Shown here: positions 9,420 through 18,505 of the stretch, piece after piece | Layout: each line of letters starts with the position of its first letter | Numbering within the stretch: the first letter of the stretch is position 1 | Source: Candidatus Altiarchaeota archaeon | Lineage (GTDB): Archaea > Altiarchaeota > Altiarchaeia > IMC4 > SCGC-AAA252-I15 | Reading direction: 5' to 3' | Length of the DNA stretch: 64,000 nt | Assembly: GCA_043813075.1 (NCBI GenBank) | Contig: JBDRLL010000010.1 | Location: 110,037-174,036 of the forward strand | Notes under the pieces: model-generated | The model's input: only the letters and a program-made list of their open reading frames with translations | What the model was told of the DNA's origin: nothing | The model's database searches: none | Position numbers and translations under genes: made by a program

Positions 9420-10841
9420 ATGAAAATCACGCTTCTTTATCCGAAAAAATCCGATGAATACGTGGGATACCTGCCCTCCCCTCCTTATGGTCTGCTATGC
9501 CTTGCGGGAGTCTTACTCCGGGAAGGCCATTCTCCAAATGTTGTTGACTTGAACTTTGTGGGTGAGTCGGAGGCTATTGGTCGTATTAACGGCTCTGATG
9601 CGGTAGGCATCTACGCATCAATCGACGTATACTGGGAGGCGTTAAGGCTGGCTAAGGTGTCGAAAGGCTGCCGCAAGTTCGTTATCCTTGGCGGGCCGCA
9701 GGTCACTGCCTTCCCTGGGATGGCTCTTGATTGCCCTGACGTTGATGTTGTTGTTCTGGGCGAGGGTGAGGCGACGATAATTGATTTAATCGGCTGTTTG
9801 GTTGAGGGCGGGGATTTGTCGGTGGTTGATGGCATCGGTTTCAAACGGGATGGTGCTAAGGTTTTCACCCGGAAAAGGGGTTTTATCAGTGATATTGATG
9901 CGTTGCCTCTCCCCCCGTTCCACCTGCTTCCCATACAGGATTACTTGGCTTATTGGCGTAAAAACTATGGGTACACTGCCATCAACATTGTCACCAGCAG
10001 GGGATGCCCGTACAACTGCATATACTGTTCCAAACAGACATTCGGGGGTTTATACCGTGCCAGATCGCCAATCAGTGTCGTGGACGAGATGGAGCATATC
10101 AATGGAGCTTATCATCCTAGCGTTATCGTTATCCAGGACGACCTCTTTCTCCTCGACAGGAGGCGGGTCATCGGCATTTCCAAGGAGTTGATTGCCAGGG
10201 GACTGGCGGTGAGTTGGGTTTGCACTGCAAGAGTTGATATGGTTGATGGGGAAGTTTTGGGGTGGATGAGGAAGGCTGGTTGTGTTATGATAAACTATGG
10301 TGTTGAGTCTGGCTCTGAAAGGATGCTGGAGTATCTCGGCAAGGGCACACATAGGTCTCAGATAGTTTCCGCGTTCAAGCTGACAAAGGATGTTGGAATA
10401 AAAGCTGGCGCGTTCATAATGATCGGGATACCCGGTGAGACTGTTGAGGATATCGGGGAGACGGAGTCTCTGATACGGGAGATACGCCCTGACTGGATGA
10501 ACGTCACGTTCTTCACGCCCATACCCGGTAGTCGTGCTTGGTCTGAGCTGGTTGGCGGCGAGGACTTTGGTGGGGAATTTGTGGTGGATTTTAACTTCAG
10601 GACGTTCAGTCAGAGATACAATTTTTCGAATATGAGCGAATCAGAATTGAATAATGCTCGGGCAAGGATTAGGAGGGATCATTTCCTCAGGTCCGTATTA
10701 TACCGGGTGATTAATGCCATCCGAAGGCCCAGTATCATGTTCTCCTATCTCAGGAAGCTTATGGTCTTCCTGTCTTCGGGTGGTGGGTTCCGATTGAACA
10801 CGTTTGTAAAGAGTAATCTTACCTGGTTTTACAAGGATTGA
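9420..10841 (+). CDS. B12-binding-domain (class B) radical SAM enzyme, paralog 2
   Basis: 473 aa. YGLLCLAGVLLREGHSPNVVDL N-domain and TSRGCPYNCIYC triad. The ATG directly abuts the TAA of the upstream GT-C-like gene. Confidence 0.85.
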   Translation: MKITLLYPKKSDEYVGYLPSPPYGLLCLAGVLLREGHSPNVVDLNFVGESEAIGRINGSDAVGIYASIDVYWEALRLAKVSKGCRKFVILGGPQVTAFPGMALDCPDVDVVVLGEGEATIIDLIGCLVEGGDLSVVDGIGFKRDGAKVFTRKRGFISDIDALPLPPFHLLPIQDYLAYWRKNYGYTAINIVTSRGCPYNCIYCSKQTFGGLYRARSPISVVDEMEHINGAYHPSVIVIQDDLFLLDRRRVIGISKELIARGLAVSWVCTARVDMVDGEVLGWMRKAGCVMINYGVESGSERMLEYLGKGTHRSQIVSAFKLTKDVGIKAGAFIMIGIPGETVEDIGETESLIREIRPDWMNVTFFTPIPGSRAWSELVGGEDFGGEFVVDFNFRTFSQRYNFSNMSESELNNARARIRRDHFLRSVLYRVINAIRRPSIMFSYLRKLMVFLSSGGGFRLNTFVKSNLTWFYKD

Positions 10842-10858
10842 GTGCGTTGATTCTCGAT

Positions 10859-11593
10859 CTACCCTACCTTTAATCTTTCGGTCGGAGGGTATCTGGTCAG
10901 AAAATCTTCTATGAAAAGCTTATACTCCTCCGTCAACTCTCCGGAGGATATCCGTATTAACGTATCCCCATGCCACCATCCGTAGTAATGCATTATGTAG
11001 GGGTCTTTGCCTTTAATCATCGAGGATCCTTCTTCTGTCTCACCTATTACGTCGTCATTCGTGTAGAGTGATTCGTAATATTCCTTCTCTCTAGTGCCTA
11101 ATATGACTCCAATGCGGTCATCCTTGCCTTTTTTATAGATTATGTGGATCCACTCATTCCCGTCTGACGTATTCACGATGCTGACAAATTCAAATGAGTA
11201 TCCTAACGTCAAGTTGTCTTTGACTATGTATCTGCTGATTTTTTCATTGAATGTCTGATTCGGTTCGAATGCGCCTAAGTAGGTTATATTATCCGCGTCA
11301 TTGTAGTATCTATTCCACCTTACTGCCCCTGGTCTGATGGTTGTTGTGACCAGCTTCTCGATTTTTATGAACTCACTGCTAGGCAACACAATCTTTATCG
11401 TTGTTGTGGTTGTTGCTTCTGGCTCTACTTGTGTGGGGCTTAGATAGTAGTATGCTATCAGTATGGCGGCTGCGAGTAATACTATGATCACTGTTCTACT
11501 ATCGGTTTTTCTGTCTTTTGGCCTAACCCCCTCCACTATCACTGGGCTTCCCTGACCTTCATCACCCCAGAATTCTTCCTGGTCGCTCATCAT
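10859..11593 (-). CDS. Single-pass membrane-anchored protein, unknown family (paralog of 23609-24277)
   Basis: 244 aa. One TM segment (VIIVLLAAAILIAYYY), a TTTTT linker, and C-terminal FLTRYPPTERLKVG matching FINKYPPTKRLRV of the paralog. Confidence 0.6.
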   Translation of the reverse strand: MMSDQEEFWGDEGQGSPVIVEGVRPKDRKTDSRTVIIVLLAAAILIAYYYLSPTQVEPEATTTTTIKIVLPSSEFIKIEKLVTTTIRPGAVRWNRYYNDADNITYLGAFEPNQTFNEKISRYIVKDNLTLGYSFEFVSIVNTSDGNEWIHIIYKKGKDDRIGVILGTREKEYYESLYTNDDVIGETEEGSSMIKGKDPYIMHYYGWWHGDTLIRISSGELTEEYKLFIEDFLTRYPPTERLKVG

Positions 11594-11645
11594 AACCTGT
11601 TTACTATCTTTCCCTCCACTGCTTATATACCCTGCTCCTCGTTTG

Positions 11646-13853
11646 TCATGTTGTTGTTTTGGTTATGTTGTATATCCATATTGAGTATCCTATATTGTCC
11701 ATTGGCTCGTGTTTTCTAAGCCATTCATAGCAGTAGGGGTCTCCGAATTGCCCTGTCCTACTGGTGGTGCTGACAGCCAGCAAGCCTTCTACAGGGCCGC
11801 ATTCAATCCCTGATTTTTTCTGTGCTGACATTACGTCCTGGTTGTTCGGCATTGACGTGTACCTTATCCCGTGTTCTTCTATTCTTGCGGTGCCGAAGTA
11901 TGCTAGTTTTATCTCCTTGATATCGTTCTCATCCATGTACCTTTTGAGTCCAGGCAGGTCTTGGCCCCAGTCGATATTGGAGTCTGAAGCGTATTTGTAG
12001 CCGTTCTCCGGACCTCCTATCGCCTGGTTAAAGTATGATATGTAGTGCGGGTGGTATATTAGTGTTGGGAGTATGGATAATGCGACAATCAGGTATGCGA
12101 ATCTCCTTGATGTCCGGCTCTTATTTAATAGCGCTTTCAATGGTTCTGCTAATAGCAGGTATATCAACGGGAAGATGAATAACACAAGTCTTATCCCCGT
12201 CAGTATTGTCGAGGAAATGATTATCATGCATGCGATAATGATGTTCAGTATAAGGTAAATCCTGAACGAGGATAATTCCTGGTTGGTTGCCCCCCTTTTT
12301 TTTTGCTTAGAGAAAAAGTAGAATATCGACAAGAAGGACAGTATTATAACGCCTTCCGGCGTTTTTATCAATAGTGTGGTTGCCCAATAATCCAATCTAT
12401 CCCTGATGCTGACGGGCTCCCTTTTCTTTATTGCCTCGTCTTTCACCAAGCCCGGTTTTATAGCCCCTATTACGCTATTCGATAGTAATGCATTCTTTAT
12501 ATAGCCTGCGTGCCCCACGTCCATGTGGATCTTTGTTCCGAATAACATGTACAGGTAATAGTCCGATAATGGGACCTTGAGTTTGACGATATTATCCCTC
12601 AATCCATTATCCAACCTCTCATCCTGGAAGAAGCGGACATCCTTTATTATGTATTCCCCCCAGTTATGGAGCCAGTCATAATTCATCTCATTGAAAAAAT
12701 ATCCTGCGTTCACAGTCGTCCCAGCGAATAAGACAATCATCACGTACGGCATGAGGCGCCTTAATAACGGCAAAAACCAAGATGCAGTCCTGAAGAAAAC
12801 CTTTTTTCTCGTGTCAGAGTATAGAATCCAGGATAACGTCAGCAATGAAGCGTAGGCTATTATCCTCTTGTCACCGCCATTGTATACTGCCACGCAACTA
12901 AGGGCGATAAAAACCAGGAGGCTGATAAGCAGAATCAAATCCCTGGCTCGGATCTCCTTAAATGCCCCTGCTCTAATGGCTGGCCTGGATTTACCAATCT
13001 TCCTGGGAAGAACAAGGAGTCTACTGACGGCATTAACAGACCTTCTAAGACCCCATATACCGAATCTCACGGCTATTATCGAGGAATACAGTATGACCAG
13101 GTATATGCTGGATACCTTGCTGAGTAGCGCTAGTCCCAGTGTGACTCCCGTAATAACGCCCGCGAGCACGCTCTTCTTCTCCATGAACCTGGTGAAATAG
13201 TAGAAGGATATCAGGTTGAAACATACGGGGGCAATATCAGTTGTGGCTAGCCTGGCGTGAGCCAATATGTTCGGGTTTAACGAGAATAGTGTTGTTATCA
13301 AACAGGCCGTCTCGAATCCGTAATACCTTTTTGCGAATATGAACAGGTATGTGCTGCATAATATCAGTAGCAAGAGCGTTGAATATCTGGAATAGTACAA
13401 AAGGTTGTAGGGCCTGTATTCCTCTGCGTATAGGAATTTTTGGCTGAATTTTTCTGGATATTCCCTCCTCAATTCCTCTATGCCGTATAATCCTCTTGGG
13501 GGGTAGACTGTCAGATTTTCTTCATCCACCTCAAACAGTTCTTTTCCAGGGAAATCTCCTGTTAAATCATAAATGTAGAATGGTATGCTGCTAACGTAAT
13601 ATGATAGTGGAGGGTGCACTACTACCGGGATGAAGCTGGTGTAGTTAATCCAGGGTTTGTCCCACTGCTTAACCATGTAATAACCCGTCCCAATATAATA
13701 CGCCTCATCCCACACCGCTGATTTTTCCCTTATGCTTGTAGTGCCAATCAGCAGGATGACCATGGATAGCGAGGTTAAGAATATGAAATCCCTTCTGACT
13801 CCACTACTCTTCTTTATATCTGACGTAGTCCTTCTTCTGGAGGCCATGATCAT
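11646..13853 (-). CDS. GT-C glycosyltransferase, PMT_2/ArnT-like (GT39/83-type)
   Basis: 735 aa, polytopic. First-loop WDEAYYIGTGYY acidic motif typical of PMT/ArnT-type enzymes. The large C-terminal part contains NIDWGQDLPGLKRY. Confidence 0.7.
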   Translation of the reverse strand: MIMASRRRTTSDIKKSSGVRRDFIFLTSLSMVILLIGTTSIREKSAVWDEAYYIGTGYYMVKQWDKPWINYTSFIPVVVHPPLSYYVSSIPFYIYDLTGDFPGKELFEVDEENLTVYPPRGLYGIEELRREYPEKFSQKFLYAEEYRPYNLLYYSRYSTLLLLILCSTYLFIFAKRYYGFETACLITTLFSLNPNILAHARLATTDIAPVCFNLISFYYFTRFMEKKSVLAGVITGVTLGLALLSKVSSIYLVILYSSIIAVRFGIWGLRRSVNAVSRLLVLPRKIGKSRPAIRAGAFKEIRARDLILLISLLVFIALSCVAVYNGGDKRIIAYASLLTLSWILYSDTRKKVFFRTASWFLPLLRRLMPYVMIVLFAGTTVNAGYFFNEMNYDWLHNWGEYIIKDVRFFQDERLDNGLRDNIVKLKVPLSDYYLYMLFGTKIHMDVGHAGYIKNALLSNSVIGAIKPGLVKDEAIKKREPVSIRDRLDYWATTLLIKTPEGVIILSFLSIFYFFSKQKKRGATNQELSSFRIYLILNIIIACMIIISSTILTGIRLVLFIFPLIYLLLAEPLKALLNKSRTSRRFAYLIVALSILPTLIYHPHYISYFNQAIGGPENGYKYASDSNIDWGQDLPGLKRYMDENDIKEIKLAYFGTARIEEHGIRYTSMPNNQDVMSAQKKSGIECGPVEGLLAVSTTSRTGQFGDPYCYEWLRKHEPMDNIGYSIWIYNITKTTT

Positions 13854-14089
13854 GTTATGTCCTTAATTTAGGAGACTTCCGGGAAATATTAGCTTACTGC
13901 GGGTGGTATGCTCGATGGAATGTCAGATAATCCATCTGGAACCTGGACTTCCAGACATTCATCAGCGTCCGCTTTGATGCCGGCCTGATGGGATCAGAAG
14001 TCCTAAGCCATGGTAAAGAATAATCTAACCCTGTTATAAGCATTTCACCCAATGTTTTAATATCATAAGGCCATAATATTACCCTCAAA

Positions 14090-15016
14090 ATGTTTGACGC
14101 TAAGAAGTTCATCGAGGAGAGTGTCGGGGAGATACGCGGTCAGATTGGGGGTCGTAAGACTGTTATAGGATTGTCTGGCGGTGTCGACAGCAGTGTGGCG
14201 GCCGTACTCGTGCATAAGGCTATCGGGGATAATCTCGTCTCCATCTACGTTGACACGGGTTTCATGCGTAAGGGCGAGTCTGATGAGGTCAGCGGGATAT
14301 TCGCAGGCCAACTGCATCTTAACTTCCGGCTGGTTGACGCCGGCAAGGAGTTCATAAAGGAATTGAATGGCGTCTCAGACCCAGAGGAGAAGAGGAGGAT
14401 TATAGGCCACAAGTTCATAGAAGTCTTCGAGCGGGAGGCTAAATCTGAGAAGGCGGTGGTGCTTGTTCAGGGCACGATAGCCCCAGACTGGATTGAGACG
14501 CAGGGCAAGATAAAGAGCCATCACAACCTGACCCTCCCCGGCGGGATGACTCTGGATTTGTGCGAGCCTTTAAGGGACTTGTACAAGGATGAAGTCAGGA
14601 TTGTCGCCCGCGAGCTCGGCCTGCCTGAGAGCATAAGCGAGAGGGAGCCTTTCCCAGGGCCAGCGCTCGCCGTCAGGATTGTGGGGGAGATAACCCCTGA
14701 AAGGCTGCGTGTTGTGAGGGATGCGGATGCGATAGTCCGTGAGGAAGTTAGGAAGGGTGGTGTCGAATGCTGGCAAGGTTTCGCAGCCCTGCTTGAGGGG
14801 CGTGTGACTGGCGTTAAGGGTGACAGCAGGGACTACGGGTACATGATTGCGGTGCGTGTCGTGGAAAGCCTAGACGCGATGACCGCGAACGCTAAGGAAG
14901 TTGACTGGAGTGTTTTGAGGCGGATAGCGGACCGGATACCCCGCGAGATACCTGAGGTGACCCGCGTCCTGTACGACCTCACTAATAAGCCTCCGGCCAC
15001 AATAGAGTTTGAGTGA
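14090..15016 (+). CDS. guaA: GMP synthase (glutamine-hydrolysing) subunit B (ATP pyrophosphatase)
   Basis: 308 aa. PP-loop GLSGGVDSSV and C-terminal KPPATIEFE. The length is that of the archaeal split subunit. Confidence 0.9.
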   Translation: MFDAKKFIEESVGEIRGQIGGRKTVIGLSGGVDSSVAAVLVHKAIGDNLVSIYVDTGFMRKGESDEVSGIFAGQLHLNFRLVDAGKEFIKELNGVSDPEEKRRIIGHKFIEVFEREAKSEKAVVLVQGTIAPDWIETQGKIKSHHNLTLPGGMTLDLCEPLRDLYKDEVRIVARELGLPESISEREPFPGPALAVRIVGEITPERLRVVRDADAIVREEVRKGGVECWQGFAALLEGRVTGVKGDSRDYGYMIAVRVVESLDAMTANAKEVDWSVLRRIADRIPREIPEVTRVLYDLTNKPPATIEFE

Positions 15017-15021
15017 TAATA

Positions 15022-15228
15022 ATGGGCAACGGAAACAGGGAGCTGATTACCGGCGGAGTCATAGGCGGGCTAGTTTTCGGCGGTAAGGTGATAACAGGGA
15101 TGTTGTCTCCAATATGCCTCGCCGGTTCTGCGATGTTTCTGACTGTTGGCGGTGTCAAGAAACTGTATCCTGACAAGAGCCTTTCGCTTAGAAAGCGTGT
15201 TAAACTAAGGTTTGCTGAGAATGGGTAA
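15022..15228 (+). CDS. Small Gly-rich membrane protein (tandem paralog 1)
   Basis: MGNGNRELITGGVIGGLVFGG...SPICLAGSAMFLTVGGVKKL. The ATG at 15022 is 5 nt after the guaA stop. Confidence 0.5.
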   Translation: MGNGNRELITGGVIGGLVFGGKVITGMLSPICLAGSAMFLTVGGVKKLYPDKSLSLRKRVKLRFAENG

Positions 15229-15409
15229 GGGCGATACTGAACTCGCGGTTGGAGGGGCTCTGGGCGGTCTGGCTGTTGGTGAAGTCCTGGTTCTGGGTGT
15301 CGCATGCCCTCTTTGTGTTGTCGGCGCAGCAGTGCTCCTGGCTGCCGGCGGCCTGAAGAAGGTCCGGACAAAGGTCGGGAAATCATGCGGCAGTCGCAAG
15401 ATTAAGTGA
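15221..15409 (+). CDS. Small Gly-rich membrane protein (tandem paralog 2)
   Basis: MGKGDTELAVGGALGGLAVGE...ACPLCVVGAAVLLAAGGLKKV. Its ATG overlaps the preceding TAA (ATGGGTAA). Confidence 0.5.
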   Translation: MGKGDTELAVGGALGGLAVGEVLVLGVACPLCVVGAAVLLAAGGLKKVRTKVGKSCGSRKIK

Positions 15410-15412
15410 GCA

Positions 15413-16957
15413 TCACCTCCCTATCCTGTCCCTGAACCACAGGTATTCCTTCACCACCCTCTCAATGCCTAGTGATATGAGTACTGGTATGAACATCGCG
15501 AAAGGCAGGTAGTATCTAATCCAGTCTATGTGAAATACTGAGCCTACTGTCAGTAGGACTATGAGTATCAGCATCCCAAGTATGCTGTAGTCTCCCACAA
15601 ACCCGCCGGCAACCTCGGTTCTAATGCCCCTGAAAAGTCTCAATGCCCCGAAGTACACGAAGAGCAGGTGGAATGCGTAATAGGCGGGGGGTGTTGGAAA
15701 ATAGTCTGAGTCAAGCAGTATGCCCCTGAAAAACAGGTAGAATACCCTCTTAACCAAAAAGTCTATCCTGGTGGGCTCAGGCTCTATGTTGTGTTGCATC
15801 CTGATTAGCCTGACTCTATGCAATATCATGTTGTAGGTGTTTCCAACCGGGTCGGAGTAGAGGTACGGGTTGAGGCAGACGAAGGCGAATGCAAAGGATG
15901 ATGACACCAGCAGCCCGATTATTGCCGTGTTGATTATCCTGGCTTGGGGGAGGCGTCTGCCTGCGGCCAACGCTTTTATGCTGCCGATTAACGCATACCA
16001 TGCAAGGAGGGTGAAGATTGTCATGATCATGAAAGCCGCGCTGAATTTCACGCTCAAAGCCAATCCTGTTGAGACGCCGATCATAGAGGAGATTAATGCT
16101 GCTTTAAGGGTTACTCTTCCCTCCTCCTGGGTGGCCCTCATTTTTTCAAAAAGTTTGAATGCGAGTATCACTGTTATGAGGGAGAAAAAGCAGTATATCA
16201 TGTCCGGCAGGACCATCTGTGATGTGGGGGTTGTTATCCCGTTAACCAGGAATATCTCGCCGCCTATGAACGATGCTATCCTGCTTTGGTGGATCATGTG
16301 GCAGATTATCATGACGAGAACTGCTGAAATCACCGAGAACGCGAATATTGTCTTTCGTGCCGTGATATAGTCTTCATAGCTTATCCGGGTTATTTCTGTT
16401 CCCTTCACGTAATCCATCATGTACTCAAGGTACTTTATGTCGTCGTCTACCTCAGAGTAACCCCTTTTTCCCGTCTCATTCGAGATGCCCTTGAGTGTCG
16501 GGAAATAATACAGCATTGTTGAACTGTTATGCCATGATATCATCCCGCCGCTGGAGTTGACGACCTTGTGGTTGAAGACGTCCAAAGAGAATCCGAGCAC
16601 GAACTTGCCTAGGTTCGGCTGGTCGTATACCAATGGACTATGCCAATCCTCGTGGGAAAGGTCTCTCTTCTTGAAAAACAGGTAGTACATGTACGTGTTG
16701 TGCATCCAGGATATCTCATCGATATGCCGTATCCTGTATGCCGGAAATTCGAACAGTTCCCTGGTGTTCTCCACGAAGCCTATATTCTTGAGGTAGAATC
16801 CATGATCCTCCCAGTAAACGCCATCGCTTATGTGAAATACTGTCGCTAGGAATAGGATTACGAGAATCACGTCGATGAGCCTGTCATTGAGCCTTCTATG
16901 CGTATCTGTCTTGTCTTCCACGATACATCTTATTAGTCCATAAAAATTAATATTCAC
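15413..16957 (-). CDS. Polytopic membrane protein, GT-C-like (paralog of 7599-9419)
   Basis: 514 aa. SDGVYWEDHGFY acidic loop; alignable with 7599-9419 throughout (FLVNGITTPTSQMVLPD vs FLSNGITIPTFQLVLLD). The track start is a GTG; an alternative GTG lies at 16921. Confidence 0.6.
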   Translation of the reverse strand: MNINFYGLIRCIVEDKTDTHRRLNDRLIDVILVILFLATVFHISDGVYWEDHGFYLKNIGFVENTRELFEFPAYRIRHIDEISWMHNTYMYYLFFKKRDLSHEDWHSPLVYDQPNLGKFVLGFSLDVFNHKVVNSSGGMISWHNSSTMLYYFPTLKGISNETGKRGYSEVDDDIKYLEYMMDYVKGTEITRISYEDYITARKTIFAFSVISAVLVMIICHMIHQSRIASFIGGEIFLVNGITTPTSQMVLPDMIYCFFSLITVILAFKLFEKMRATQEEGRVTLKAALISSMIGVSTGLALSVKFSAAFMIMTIFTLLAWYALIGSIKALAAGRRLPQARIINTAIIGLLVSSSFAFAFVCLNPYLYSDPVGNTYNMILHRVRLIRMQHNIEPEPTRIDFLVKRVFYLFFRGILLDSDYFPTPPAYYAFHLLFVYFGALRLFRGIRTEVAGGFVGDYSILGMLILIVLLTVGSVFHIDWIRYYLPFAMFIPVLISLGIERVVKEYLWFRDRIGR

Positions 16958-16961
16958 CTAG

Positions 16962-18494
16962 ATGATGTTGCACGCCACAAATTCCAGATCATTCTCCGTC
17001 TTGCTCTGCATTATACTCTCATTTAACCTCATCAACTCCATGTTCCACGTCTTAAACGCCGAATTCGATCACGACGAATTCCAGCACATGCACATAGCCT
17101 GGAACATACTGGCTGGTAAAGTCGTGTACCGGGATTTCTTCGACCACCATGGCCCCCTATTCTCAATGCTTAACGGATTCTTCCTCAGGCTGCTGGGCAT
17201 TGAAGCATCAGTATCCACTCTCTTTTACCTCAGGGCAACCAGCCTCCTGTACATGTCACTGACACTGTATCTTACGTTTAGGATAGCCTCCGAAGCCTTA
17301 GAGTCAAGGCAGGCAGGCCTTTTGTCGGCGGCAATACTCTCCGGGCTGCTCGTATTCCAACTCAAGTCAACCGAGTTTCGGCCTGACGTCCTCCAGTCTG
17401 TCCTATGGCTTTCAGGACTGTATGTCGTTCTGATGGATTCTGGTGGGGGCTGGAGGAGTCGCCTCTTCCTGGCGGGGATTCTGTTTGGTGGCGTGGTGAT
17501 GACCACAATGAAGGGTGTTGTCGGCGTCGCATCAGTCATACTCTACTACCTCGTAGTTTGTCTAAGGGGTGTCCAAGAATGTGGGCAGTGCACCCGGAAT
17601 ATCCTGTCACTGATTTCAGGCATGCTCGTAGTGTTCCTACTGTTATGCATATACTTCCTCTCTTACGGCGCTCTAAGCGAATTCATCTACTATAACACAT
17701 GGTTTAACCTTCATGCGTTCATGAACCATAATAACGATAATTTCTCGAGCATCATGTTATTCCTCATGGAAACCCAGCCCCTCTTCGTGGCCGCCGGCCT
17801 TGGAGGCCTTTTGATGTTGGGTTGGGGACTTATTATCCCAGGCTCCCGCGGTCCTGGCTATTCGAGGAGGCTGTTGCTGTTCACGTCCTCCCTGGTTGCT
17901 GTTTTTTCCGCGCCACTTGGATTGTATCCGCAGCATTACCTCCTCATACTGCCCCTGTTGTCTGTCACTTCCGCATACGCCTTCCTCTGGCTTAAGCAGG
18001 CTCTTGAAGACGTTAATTCCACTGGCTTCTTATACGTCTTCTCCCTGTTCTTCTTTTTTGCCAGCATGATATTCGCTTCAGTCAGCTATACCCCCTATGC
18101 TCCTTCAGACATCCTAATCAGTCAGGTTGAGCTCACCGAGTTCATCCTCCGGAACACTTCACGCGATGAGCCGGTGCCTTTGCTCGTGTGGAACAATTGC
18201 GGCGGGTTCGTATTCAACGAAGACATCCAGTACTACTGGTCTTCCAGCATGGATATGGAGGATGTCTTTGAGATGGATGAGGGTTATGACGTTTTTGGCG
18301 AGCACCTGACCCGTCTCATGGGGGAGAAAAAAGTTAGGTATGTGCTGTCAGAGGATGTTGACACTTCACGCTACGACCAATGGTATGTGGGACACATTAT
18401 ATACCGTGGTACGCCGCCTGAGACAAGGAGGTATGTCGCGGAAAACTTCCATCAAGGCGAAAACCCGTGCCTATGGATACGTAATAACGCGTGA
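16962..18494 (+). CDS. GT-C glycosyltransferase, PMT_2/ArnT-like
   Basis: 510 aa, polytopic. N-terminal loop EFDHDEFQHMHIAWNILAGKVVYRDFFDHHGPL is a typical acidic DxDE-type loop of ArnT/PMT_2 proteins. Confidence 0.65.
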   Translation: MMLHATNSRSFSVLLCIILSFNLINSMFHVLNAEFDHDEFQHMHIAWNILAGKVVYRDFFDHHGPLFSMLNGFFLRLLGIEASVSTLFYLRATSLLYMSLTLYLTFRIASEALESRQAGLLSAAILSGLLVFQLKSTEFRPDVLQSVLWLSGLYVVLMDSGGGWRSRLFLAGILFGGVVMTTMKGVVGVASVILYYLVVCLRGVQECGQCTRNILSLISGMLVVFLLLCIYFLSYGALSEFIYYNTWFNLHAFMNHNNDNFSSIMLFLMETQPLFVAAGLGGLLMLGWGLIIPGSRGPGYSRRLLLFTSSLVAVFSAPLGLYPQHYLLILPLLSVTSAYAFLWLKQALEDVNSTGFLYVFSLFFFFASMIFASVSYTPYAPSDILISQVELTEFILRNTSRDEPVPLLVWNNCGGFVFNEDIQYYWSSSMDMEDVFEMDEGYDVFGEHLTRLMGEKKVRYVLSEDVDTSRYDQWYVGHIIYRGTPPETRRYVAENFHQGENPCLWIRNNA

Positions 18495-18505
18495 TCATGC
18501 CCTGT

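Noticed and set aside
14090-14107. guaA-B and the NUDIX gene (32881) both begin ATGTTTGACGC(T/C)AAGAA, encoding MFDAKK, with atattaccc upstream
   Set aside because: Only about 18 nt are shared and the proteins are unrelated afterwards. Most likely coincidence or a shared preference for translation-initiation context.
13894-14317. Minus-strand ORFs of 72 and 84 aa in or overlapping the guaA upstream region
   Set aside because: No motifs. One overlaps guaA antisense, and the other lies in a promoter region with hairpins. Not supported as genes.
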